Shown here piece by piece: positions 22,866-34,600 of a stretch of 64,000 nucleotides of DNA. Every line of letters starts with the position of its first letter. The stretch's first letter is position 1. The position numbers and the translations under genes are program-made. Source of the stretch: Stylophora pistillata (taxonomy: Eukaryota); assembly GCF_002571385.2 (NCBI RefSeq), contig NW_019217788.1, positions 1,768,866 to 1,832,865 on the forward strand. The letters are read 5' to 3'. The notes under the pieces were generated by a model. The model searched no databases and was not told where the DNA came from. It worked only from the letters and a program-made list of their open reading frames with translations.

Positions 22866-25800
22866 ATGGAATTTAATCCTGAACAACTAAACCATTTTAA
22901 GTTCTCTTCTGTTGTACTGGATGAGTTTCCAGTCGCCCTTCGTCAAGTTTTTGTGTACATGTGGGATACACTGGTCGCTTCTCCACCTGGCGTTCCAAAA
23001 TGGGACGATTCCGTAACAGTTCTGAATATTTTCATCGCAAAAGAAGGTGGTGCAAAGAAGGTACCAATGCTGAACAAATCCTCTGAGGAATGGGACTGCA
23101 CAGCTTTGTTCAAAGCTACTCTGTTTGCACAAACCTTTGCGATGCCAGACGGGACTGGTGGTGTGAGTTCTTTGGACAAACTTTACGTCAAACCCCGTGC
23201 ATTACCTCCTGGCACATTTCATCCATCTGTTATCAGCCCCACTGGAAACTCGGCAGAGACTAGCGCTTTAGCACTGGACCAGCTACGTTTGTTACGAAAC
23301 ACACTTTGCCATCAGGTAACTACGAGAAAGATTGACAAAGCTACCTTTGATCATTACATTGTGCTGGCAAAAGATGCCTTCACTGCATTGGGACAAAGCA
23401 CCACTAAAATCGATGAGATTGGAAACCTGGGCGAAGAAGAGTTTCCTACTTCAAGACTTCAAAAGCTAGAAGACGAACTGAAGAAAGAAAAAAATGCTGC
23501 CATCAAGTTTAAGCAGATCGACGATCATCTCAACAAGATAGAGTCACAAGTAGAAGACGTCGGGTCAGATGTGAAAGATGTGAAGACGGAAGTTAAAAAT
23601 GTCAACACCCGGCTAGTAGAAATCCACTCAAATCTACAGGATTTAGAGAGGAAAGTGGTTGATGAAAGAAAACCAATGCAAGAGGAAAGAGCGAAAGGTA
23701 AGAATGAATCTCAGGTCGGTAACGCAAGGCTTGATTACGGTAGAAAATGCAACAACAAAGCGTAGTGGTTTTCCAAACCAAGTAAAACTCTCAAAACCCA
23801 GTTCGGAAAACAGGTTTCGCGCATAGAGGCGGCCGGGCATAAAATCAAAGTGAAACCATGGTGAACTCGTGAATGTATTGTGTCATGAAGATAATTAATC
23901 CTAACCGCTGGAATAAACAGCACTGAAAGCCAATGATCCTGTGATTCCAAGAAACAGAATTGAACTGCCACACTATTTGCATATAGAATCCCCACATTAA
24001 TCGTTCAGATGCCTTGTATGTCCACGAGTAAAAATGCTTGGGGTTCCTTGTCCCAAGAATGCGTTCGTTAGTGAACATATGTGCATATAAAAGAGGATGA
24101 TTCCCCTTTTGGTGCAAGCTAGAGAGCCATTTTGCAGCTTCGTTACCTTACAATTTCTTTATTTCAATTCAAGGTTATTCGACTCCCAAGTCTGGCATAC
24201 CCGAGAAAAAACGAAATTTGTGCGTCGTAAGAGAGCGAACTTAGTTCGTTACTTAGTTCTTCTGGTGAACATAAGCGCATAAAAAAGAGGATGAGTGCAA
24301 GCTAGGGAACCATTTAAAACCTTCTTTACCTTTCAAATTCTTTCGTTTTACTTTAAGGACATCCGACTGCTCCCAAGTCCTGCATACCCGACAAAAAAAC
24401 GCAATTTGTGGGTCGTAGGAGAGAGATAGAAAACATTCTAAGTCATTTTAAGGATAAAGATACTCGATTTATCAATGTATGTGGTCCACCAGCATTTGGA
24501 AAGACGTGGTTGATCACAGAGATAGCGCATCAGCTAGAAACACCAGTCTTTTATGCATCGCTTCGTGGCATGATCACAATAGATGATGAGGTCTCAAGGC
24601 TGCTCAGTATATTCACTGACAGGAATTCGGCCTTTCAAATTAACTTGAAACCCATTGATTGGCTTATTGATTGTTTAAAACAAGTTCAGGAGCCATTTGC
24701 TTTGCTTCTGGATGATGCAGACGACTTACTGGAAAGTGGAGATCTTAAGATACAAGAACAATTGTTCGTTTTAATCAAGAAAATCTTACAACGCAACGAC
24801 GTCAAGCTTCTCATTGCCTCTCGTGATTGGCTTGATTGCTTAAGCGATGACCACACCATTCATTTAGAGAAAGTTGGTATACTGGATGAAGTTGCCTCGG
24901 TAGAGTTGGTGAAGACCTTATTGTCAGATATCTCAGGCAGCGACTGCAATAAAATTGTAAAAATCAGTGGACAAGTTCCTCTTGTCATGCGATTGATGTG
25001 CTGCACAGTGAAACAACTACATTTTTCTATTGATGACCTTTTACAAGCTCTTGAAGATTCACCTCTCCTTGAAGTTTTGGACAATAAACGTCTCTCTAAC
25101 ATCATCGGCACGTGTTTTGAGAGGCTTACGACCCAAGACAGGGATACGTTCGTATCACTGGCTGCTATTTCTACGGGAGGTTTCGATTTGGAAGAAGCAA
25201 GGAGCGTTTTAAATTTGAAGACAATCCAGAAAACAAAGCTAAAGATTCGGTCACTGAAACGAAAATCGCTGGTAGACTGCAGCGAAGATTTCCAACACTG
25301 CACAATTCATGCTCTTTTCCGGTCCTTCATTGAAGAAAAGAGGCAAACTCATCAAGAAATTGAAGATGTCTTTGAGACGGCTCAACGTTGTTTTTACCAC
25401 GATAATCTCACGATTTTTCAAGCGAATACAGAAAAATTTCTCACAGGTCGTTCTAACGAAGCAATCGCTGCATTTCAAAGTCGACGAGAGAAGATCATTT
25501 CATCGCTTCATAACGGAGCAAAAGATGATGAGCTCTACGACAAAGTTGTTGAATTATTGTCAACAGGAGAACTGTTTCTTCATACTGTGTTAATAAATGA
25601 AGAAACGCTTTTTAAGGCGATTTATGACGCAGCACTGGAAGAAGCAAGGCGGAGAAAAAACTCTTTTGACGAACAGAATTTGTTGGCCGCCAAATCCTTT
25701 GAGATGTGGGGTTGGTTTTCTCCGGATCGCCAAACTAGCGACTACTCTATCTACAGTGACTACATTTGTACTGCGGATTGTCCAATAAAGCTTTTTTGTT

Positions 25801-27514
25801 ACCACGGCATTCATCAAGTATTATGCGACAAGCCGAACGAGGGCGTGCTTTTGCTTAAAATCTGTGTTGAGCGTCTTGGTGAACGTTGTGATGAAAGAGT
25901 TCTGAAATCAATTGTTTTAGATATTCTAAGTGAATTTCAGGAGAAGGGGCGAGTAACTATCGAGGGATTGGAGCTTCTGAATCTACCTGGTTATAAACGC
26001 AGAACTACGCCAATAAAGGTGGAAAATTTTTGGTCATCGTTGATTGACGATAACGCCTTTAAATGCGTTAGTGACAGGTTAAGATTACTTGTTTCTAAAG
26101 GAAGAGATATCGCATCTGAGGGATTTGGTTTTCAGATGTTACGGGGGATTTCCGCGTTCTTTGGCCGTTGCCATGCCGATGGTCTCGGAGAGCTAAGTTT
26201 TGAAAAATGCTTTCAGGAGGTTCAAGAAGAATTGAAAAAGTTGGGCCCAGACGCCTTTAACGGTCTTCTAGATCCTTTGGGAGTACTACAAATAAATTTA
26301 TCTCACCTACCGGACTTGGTGTCAGTACCAAATTTTGACGTGATAGCAGAATTCATTGATTTCTGGTCACTATTCTTGGCCACATTTGGTGGTATTTTCC
26401 ATAAATGGTACTCTCCGTTCACTAAAATCGCCGTGTCATGTTTTAAAAGAAGTTTCGAAAACTCATTGAAATCACACGAAGCGGCTCCTGGAATAGACTT
26501 TGAAGCTCTTGCAGGAACGTACGACAAGTTTGGCTCCCTCCTAGGCGAATTGTATGATTACAATGGGGCAATAGCTTCATACGAGCAGGCGAACCGAGTG
26601 AGGAACGAACATGCTGGTAACTCTGTGGAGACAGCGTCAAGTCTCATAAGGATCGGATTGCTTCATTTAGAAATGAAAAACCATGTGTAAGCTGAAAAGG
26701 CATTTCAAAAAGCTCAGAAACTAAAGAAAGTGTTATTTGTGAGGATAAAGATGTCAGTTCCTATCTTCCAAGAGATTTAAATGCTATGGCCGAATTCGCG
26801 AGGCTCTGCGGAACGCTGTATTTGTTGAATGGCGAGTTTGAAGCTGCGAAGGTACAATTTCAAGAAATAGTGAAATTTTTCAGTAAGTTGAGTCTTGCAG
26901 ACCCCGACTTTACGGCCTTTTGTCACGTGGGGCTTGCTGAGTGTTATTTTCGTTCTGAGTCCCACAAAAACTTAGACATGGCTCTTCAGTCGTGCCGAAA
27001 CGCTGTGAGAAGATATGTGGAGTCACTGGGACAGCACAAAAAAACAGCTGTAAGCTTGCATTTGGAAGGACTTATTCATAAAGAGATGAACGATAACCAG
27101 TCAGCGATTGAAGCCTTTCAAAAAGCCTCCAAGATGAGGTCAGATATCTTTGGTGATCACGAAGATACAGCAATCAGCTTCTGTTGTTTAGGAGAGTGTC
27201 ACTATTACCAAGATGAACACGAAGCAGCTGTCAAAGCATTTCACGAGGCCGTGCGCATAAGATCCAACATGCTAGGAAATCGAGAAGGAGTCGCCGAGCT
27301 GGTGGAGGTCTATAAACTAACAGCATCAACATATCATCGGCTTGGTAAAGCACAGTACAGATTAGGAGACCTTCGTGGAGCTCTAGAATCTTTACAGGAG
27401 GCCTCGCGACTGAGGAGGGAAGCTTCAGTGGAGGACCAAAATACAGATGAAGCCTTGGAGCTCATTAACCGTATCTGTGAAGCTCTGAGTGCAGACGAAC
27501 TGGACTGTGATTAA
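22866..27514 (+). pseudogene. HEPN-coiled coil-STAND-TPR gene copy 2; exons 22866-23697 and 24358-27514; premature TAA at 26688-26690 and a frameshift about 26735-26745 in the TPR region (may encode a TPR-truncated protein)
   Basis: EWDCTALF and LRLLRNTLCH in HEPN; AAAG|gtaag...tttaag|GA phase-1 intron; GPPAFGKT, LLLDDADD, GQVPLVM. TPR-like NHV*AEKAFQKA continues past the stop, and the remaining TPRs (26786-27514) are in another frame. Confidence 0.85.
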
Positions 27515-28590
27515 AGTTCAAAGCGAAGCTTGCTGGAAAGAGCGATTAAGGCACGTGCGAAAGCTCCATGATTTCTAATTAACCAGTTTATAACGTTGTT
27601 TTGATAGAGTTTGAACCGTTAGAATCAAACAAGGACTCAAAGAATTCTCCTTTGCCCCGGCAGGTGGCTGTACCCGGAGGAGTAGCATTGTGGTCAATCA
27701 AGGTCCTCAACATTCAGTGACTTGTTTGATTACAACCCATAACCTGAACTAAGATTTTCAGAAACGTTTGTAGGTTAGTTCGTAAAAACGATCAAGAAAT
27801 AGAAAAAATATTTTAGCAAATAGTTAGATTAAAACGCACTAAGGGGAGGTAAATCTCTCTTGCAAACCCTTTCCTTCGCTGGATTTGCTTTGGTTCTTAT
27901 TTATTCGCGCATATTCATCAAAAGTCTTGGAACAGGACACAAAAAAGGATACGATAAAGTTAAAACTCTCTTGCAGGAAATCAAATTTTCAAGCAACTGA
28001 ATATCATGATCTAATTAGCAAATTATGAAATTCTAGGACACAGAAACGAGACGTAACAGGCAAACAATGATCACCTTTTATCGTTGAAAGCCATCTGGAA
28101 GAACATTTTTTGATCACCACTGGAATGTATTTCAATGAATTAGGCCGCCGTCTATGGAAGGCAAGCCACTCTTTTTAGTTTTGAATACAGCTATCTCTCA
28201 ATCAGTCTAGTTTATTGTCCGTCTTGCTACACTAAAATCAGTCAAGTGCTGTCTGGAGCTGTATTTGTGGAGTAAATTTAATCCTGGCAAAGGCTCAGCG
28301 AATTTTTATTTCTTTTTAGTTAATTCAATCCTGGAAAAGGGGCGCGAAATTTTATTTCTCTTGAAGTTAACCTGCTTCACAAATGTTACAAATTTGCAGT
28401 TATGTAAGGCAGAGTTGCAAGTCAATGTTAGAAACGTTTTGAATTTTCAAACCATTTTTAAAGAAAGGAATCTGTTTTTCAGCAAAGAGAATAAAACTCT
28501 TTTCTAAATCAATACTGGATTTTAATCTTAGCACTAGAATGAGGGGGTACTTGGCGTGTCTGTGACCCTCCTTTGTAAGTCTTTTTTTTA

Positions 28591-29229
28591 AGTGCACCTA
28601 AACCCAAAAATTTTTTTTCGCTTAACGAAATAAGCTTATTTTTTGGAGTATTTCTGTGCAAAAATTTTTTAATTTGCTTAAATCTTAAATTTTCTGTGCC
28701 CAGTCAAAATACGGAAAATCGGCCGCCATCTTGCCCCACGGCCGAGTTCAAAGAGGAATGGCTCTAGCGGATAATGTGACGTCAAATCGAGAACACGAAA
28801 GTCTGCTTTTCACACATTTTCACTTGTTTGAGAAGGTTGTGGTCGATATTGTCCGAAATATGCCGACCAGGTGTGTTGTATGAGGAATGTATGAAGCGTG
28901 ATACCCTCTTGCAAATTTCGCACGTTGCTACATCCTCCTACGACACACTTAGTGGGCATATTTTCGGACAAAATCGACTACAACCTTCCCAAACAAGCGA
29001 AAATGTGTGAAATGCAGACTTTCGTGTTCTCGATTTGACGTCACATTATCCGCTAGAGCCATTCCTCTTTAAACTCGGCCGTGGGGCAAGATGGCGGCCG
29101 ATTTTCCGTATTTTGACTGGGCACAGACAATTGAGGATTTGAGCAAATAAAAAAATGTTTGCACAGAAATACTCCAAAAAATACGCTTATTTCGTTAAGC
29201 GAAAAAAAATTTTTGGGTTTAGGTGCACT
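28591..29229. mobile_element. Palindromic MITE (Kolobok-like: AG...CT termini, TTAA-type target) nested in an older repeat (about 28540-29325)
   Basis: About 240-bp near-perfect inverted repeats AGTGCACCTAAACCCAAAA... / ...TTTTGGGTTTAGGTGCACT; flanks TTTA and TTAA. Confidence 0.85.
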
Positions 29230-29465
29230 TTAAACAATCAACTACAATATTCAGGTGGCGAAAACTGATGACTACCCTTTGTTTGTCACAATGAGACCCC
29301 CCCTTTGAAAAATCTTGGCACAGCTTTTGCGCCCGGGCGCTTATTCGAGGAAATAAGGTCAATATCACAAGTTTTTCACGACCATGACTATGACTAAACA
29401 ACGTAACAAAATTTTCCTTTATTTTTTTTGCGAAATTTACTTAGTTTATTGGTGTATTAGATACC

Positions 29466-29510
29466 TATTTCCGCTTTCGGTTATGAGTTGGGACTTTCCC
29501 TAGAAATTCT
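29466..29510 (+). promoter_or_regulatory. IRF/Ets-like TTTCCGCTTTCGG plus NF-kB GGGACTTTCC (29490-29499) upstream of HEPN-STAND copy 3
   Basis: Exact kB decamer in the third copy of the conserved block. It overlaps TTCCCTAGAA (TTC-N4-GAA, STAT-like). Confidence 0.7.
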
Positions 29511-31031
29511 ATACCATTCTGGAACATTCGATCAATAACCTCATCCCAAATGGTAGTTGCAGTAAATAAATGGAAATTAGAGTGAAAATCGCAACATCTT
29601 TGAGAAATATTATATGCTGCAATTTAAAGGTTTGCTAGCTTTCACGAGGGGAATGTTATGAAAGGGTAGTTAACCAAACTTATTGACCGCATTGTGTGAT
29701 CATTCCCATAGGAAGTTAATAGCTTCAAATTTCAAACTTCCGCCTTAAACGTGATCTGAAATTTTAGGTAGAACTTAATGATTCTCTGGGAAAAATGTGT
29801 ACATCGTACATTTTGCACTTAACGCCCGTATAACTTAATATTTCGTGACAATTTGATTTATGCGAAGTGACGTCATTAAATTGATTCCATTCATCAAAGC
29901 GAGGCTTGTAGTTTGATAGTTGTAGTTAACCCACCGGGGAGAGTTAGCTGCTAGAATGTTGATATCTTACTTAAAATGCCTTACTGGTGCATCGCCTAAG
30001 CGTGTAAAAAAATCTTCCGAAAAGGGGTGTAACCCACCGTGGCATCGGAAATACACTCTGTTTAGCATGAAATATTTTTGCTCCCAATTTTGTTCAAACT
30101 CATAATTAAAATGAAAGTTATACCTGAGGCACTGTCATGCAAGTCTTGTAGAGGTACTTGGCTCCCTAAAATAAATGCAAATAATACCGTTGAAAAAAAA
30201 AAAAGAACCCAAGGTAAAATGCTAAACACTTGGAGGGAATTTGAGGTCCCTAACGAGAATTGTATTTATCTACGACGAGTTCCATGGAAGGCAAGGGGGG
30301 AGGGGAAGGAGGTGGGAATTTCGGCGGGGGCACCGCACCGCACCCCTCTTCTTTTCTTTTACTTTTTTAAAAGTTTTGTGACCAAACGCCTTTCGATTAG
30401 AGTATAATGGATCAATTTCTTTTTCTAAGGCTTTTCCCCTTTCGGAAGCAGTTTGTGTGAATAAAGATACACAATCAAATTTGAAAATTTGTAATTTTAA
30501 AGAAGCTCAGTGCTGTTCAAACAATGTTATTTACCTAAATTGGCATTAAACGCCTGATGTAACAGACTAGACATGCAATCCTTTTTTTTCGGAAATGATG
30601 AGGAGTACTGGACACGAATATTGTCCTATGGTTTGTCTTGATGTTCCAGCACAGTTAAGAGTGGGTGTAGTGGGGAAGGGGATAAAGGGCGAGGCGGGAG
30701 CCTCGCCTCCTTTCCACAACCTCGGATTTCTCTGGGTCCAACCTACTTCGTGGTCGGATGCCTTATTAACTGAGCTACGAAGAAACTCAGCTCGGCTAGA
30801 CTAGACTCAAACTTAAGAAAGGTGTTTGGTATTTATCACGAATGTGGAGCAACGAAGAAGTCGAAGTTTCCCCGCCAATGACTCTAAGCAAGAATATTGT
30901 TGTAATCATTTCATCGCTTCTAACCTTACTACTGTCCGTGTTTTGATTTCCGGTAAACTCAGGAATGATGTCAACAATATTGCAGCGCCCAATAAACGAC
31001 TTGTAAGGTATCCAGCGAGTCGGAATTCGAA

Positions 31032-31414
31032 TTATAACATAACCAAAGTAAAGCGCGCGCTCTGATTGGTCAATTTAGCGTCCCCCATTTGCCCATGGGT
31101 GTACGCTGCTGACGTGAGCAAATGCAAAGACTATTTTTCCGCGCGCGCTTGTTTTTTCTGGTCACGTAAGATTTGTTAAATAAAAGGGAACTCTTTAGCT
31201 ACAATGTATCAATGTTATGTTATAAAACAAATGGTAAACACCACACCGTACACTATTGAGTTATGGATGCACTTGGGAGGTTTGCTAAGCACTCAAGAAG
31301 CTAGAGTCGCTCTCGGCTATCGCCTCGAGCGACTCTTACGCTTCTTTCTTGCTTAGCAACCTCCCGCGTACATCCATAACTCAATAGTGTACGCTGTGGT
31401 GTTTACCATTTGTT
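31032..31414. mobile_element. Non-autonomous element with subterminal inverted repeats and about 190-bp terminal hairpin (31226-31414), inserted upstream of the copy 3 coding exon
   Basis: ttataacataac / gttatgttataa inverted pair; aacaaatggtaaacaccac...gtggtgtttaccatttgtt fold-back. Absent from the homologous region of copy 2 (about 22550-22600). Confidence 0.8.
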
Positions 31415-31683
31415 AAGTTCAAACGGCTCTTAATTTAATTCAATTTGAAGAATCACCTTTAGGATCTGACTCAAAACGTTGCACAAAGAACTTCTTAGTC
31501 AAGCCAGCCGTCAAGAGATAGTTGAAGGCGATTGTTTGCATTTGGATATCAGTAAAACATTTGTTGACTCAAACTTTTTAACAAGTTAGTTGAACAACAA
31601 ACGCACCACCTATTCCTATTCCTTCCAGGTCCGTACGGTTTCTTCGCCGCTCGTTAAAAGCATCCGTTGCATGCCCTACAATC

Positions 31684-34600
31684 ATGGAATTTAATCCTGA
31701 ACAACTAAACTTTTTCAAGTTCTCCTCTGTTGTACTGGATGAGTTTCCAGTTTTCCTTCGTCAAGTCTTCGTTTACATGTGGGACACTCTAGTCGCTTCT
31801 CCACCTGGCGCCCCAAAATGGGACGATAGCGTGACGGTTCTAAACAATTTCCTGGGAAGAGAAGGTGGAGCAAAGAAAGTACCAATGCTGAACAAATCCT
31901 CTAAGGAATAGGACTGCACAGCTCTTTTCAAAGCTACTCTGTTTGCGCAAACCTTTGCGAAGCCAGACGGGACTGGTGGTATGAGCACTTTGGATAAACT
32001 TTACGTCAAACCCCGTGCATTGCCACCTGGAACATTTCATTGGTCTGTTATCAGCCCCATTGGAGACTCGGCAGAGACTTACACTTTAGCACTGGACCAA
32101 CTGCGTTTGTTACGAAATACACTTTGCCATCAGGTAACTACGAGAAAGATTGACAAAGCAACCTTTGATAATTACATTGTGCTGGCAAAAGATGCCTTTA
32201 CTGCATTGGGACAAAGCACCACTAAACTCGATGAGATTGGAAACATGGGCGAGGAAGAGTTTCCTACTACAAGACTTCAAAAGCTAGAAGACGAACTGAA
32301 GAAAGAAAAAGATGCTGCCATCAAGTTTGAGCTGATCGATGAACACCTCAATAAAATCGATTCAAACGTAGAAAATGTGAGGGCTGAGGTAACTGATGTC
32401 AAGACAAGAGTACATGATGTTGGGTTAGACATGAAGGAACTGAAGTTGGAAATACAAGATGTCGGGAGAAGAATGGAAAATAATGCATCAGATATGAAGA
32501 CCGAAGTAACAGGTGTGATGACTCGAGTAGGCGATGTTGGATCAGAAATTAACGATGTTAAGACACGAGTAGAAGCAGTCTGGTCAGACATCAAAAATCT
32601 AGAAGCTCCAGTGGGGAATGTTCGCGCAGAAATGAAAGATGTTAAGACTCAAGTGGAAGATGTCGGGTCAAACGTAAAAGATATGAAGACAAGAGTAGAA
32701 GACGTAAATTCCGAAGTAAAAGATCTTTCGAAGGAGGTAAAGGTTTTGAAGACTGAGTTTGTTGACATGAAACAAGAAATGCAAGGAGAATGTTCTAGAG
32801 GTAAGCTTGAATATCAAGTCTGCCTAGATTAGTACAAACTTTCAAAACTGCGGAGCGATGGTTAAGTTACACTCAAGTAACCGTGCCGATCATCCTTTCG
32901 TCTGAATGACTGAATGCANNNNNNNNNNNNNNNNNNNNNNNNNNNNNNNNNNNNNNNNNNNNNNNNNNNNNNNNNNNNNNNNNNNNNNNNNNNNNNNNNN
33001 NNNNNNNNNNNNNNNNNNNNNNNNNNNNNNNNNNNNNNNNNNNNNNNNNNNNNNNNNNNNNNNNNNNNNNNNNNNNNNNNNNNNNNNNNNNNNNNNNNNN
33101 NNNNNNNNNNNNNNNNNNNNNNNNNNNNNNNNNNNNNNNNNNNNNNNNNNNNNNNNNNNNNNNNNNNNNNNNNNNNNNNNNNNNNNNNNNNNNNNNNNNN
33201 NNNNNNNNNNNNNNNNNNNNNNNNNNNNNNNNNNNNNNNNNNNNNNNNNNNNNNNNNNNNNNNNNNNNNNNNNNNNNNNNNNNNNNNNNNNNNNNNNNNN
33301 NNNNNNNNNNNNNNNNNNNNNNNNNNNNNNNNNNNNNNNNNNNNNNNNNNNNNNNNNNNNNNNNNNNNNNNNNNNNNNNNNNNNNNNNNNNNNNNNNNNN
33401 NNNNNNNNNNNNNNNNNNNNNNNNNNNNNNNNNNNNNNNNNNNNNNNNNNNNNNNNNNNNNNNNNNNNNNNNNNNNNNNNNNNNNNNNNNNNNNNNNNNN
33501 NNNNNNNNNNNNNNNNNNNNGGTAACTACGAGAAAGATTGACAAAGCAACCTTTGATAATTACATTGTGCTGGCAAAAGATGCCTTTACTGCATTGGGAC
33601 AAAGCACCACTAAACTCGATGAGATTGGAAACATGGGCGAGGAAGAGTTTCCTACTACAAGACTTCAAAAGCTAGAAGACGAACTGAAGAAAGAAAAAGA
33701 TGCTGCCATCAAGTTTGAGCTGATCGATGAACACCTCAATAAAATCGATTCAAACGTAGAAAATGTGAGGGCTGAGGTAACTGATGTCAAGACAAGAGTA
33801 CATGATGTTGGGTTAGACATGAAGGAACTGAAGTTGGAAATACAAGATGTCGGGAGAAGAATGGAAAATAATGCATCAGATATGAAGACCGAAGTAACAG
33901 GTGTGATGACTCGAGTAGGCGATGTTGGATCAGAAATTAACGATGTTAAGACACGAGTAGAAGCAGTCTGGTCAGACATCAAAAATCTAGAAGCTCCAGT
34001 GGGGAATGTTCGCGCAGAAATGAAAGATGTTAAGACTCAAGTGGAAGATGTCGGGTCAAACGTAAAAGATATGAAGACAAGAGTAGAAGACGTAAATTTC
34101 GAAGTAAAAAGATCTTTCGAAGGAGGTAAAGGTTTTGAAGACTGAGTTTGTTGACATGAAACAAGAAATGCAAGGAGAATGTTCTAGAGGTAAGCTTGAA
34201 TATCAAGTCTGCCTAGATTAGTACAAACTTTCAAAACTGCGGAGCGATGGTTAAGTTACACTCAAGTAACCGTGCCGATCATCCTTTCGTCTGAATGACT
34301 GAATGCAGTGAACTGAGAAGTATTTTTTACTAATTCTAGACACAGCCTTCGCGTGCCGTCAGAGGGTTTCTGAAACCTTACGACGACCTTAAGGAGGAAG
34401 GCTTTTAAATAAATTTGTGACGCAGGGAGTTCAGAAAAGCGTTTATTAAGATCGTGGTCTCAAATAAAACGGCGCAGGTCCATGTGATCCTTTAAGGCGT
34501 GAGATACCGGAGTAACTAAGTTACGAATATCTTGCCGGTTAATGCTCTCTTATATACCCTTTACTGACGATTATTGAAAGAGGCTCATATCGCATTTAAA

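Noticed and set aside
33521-34307. Apparent fourth HEPN-coiled coil exon
   Set aside because: It is virtually identical to 32133-32918 and abuts an N gap; most likely an unmerged contig overlap or second haplotype.
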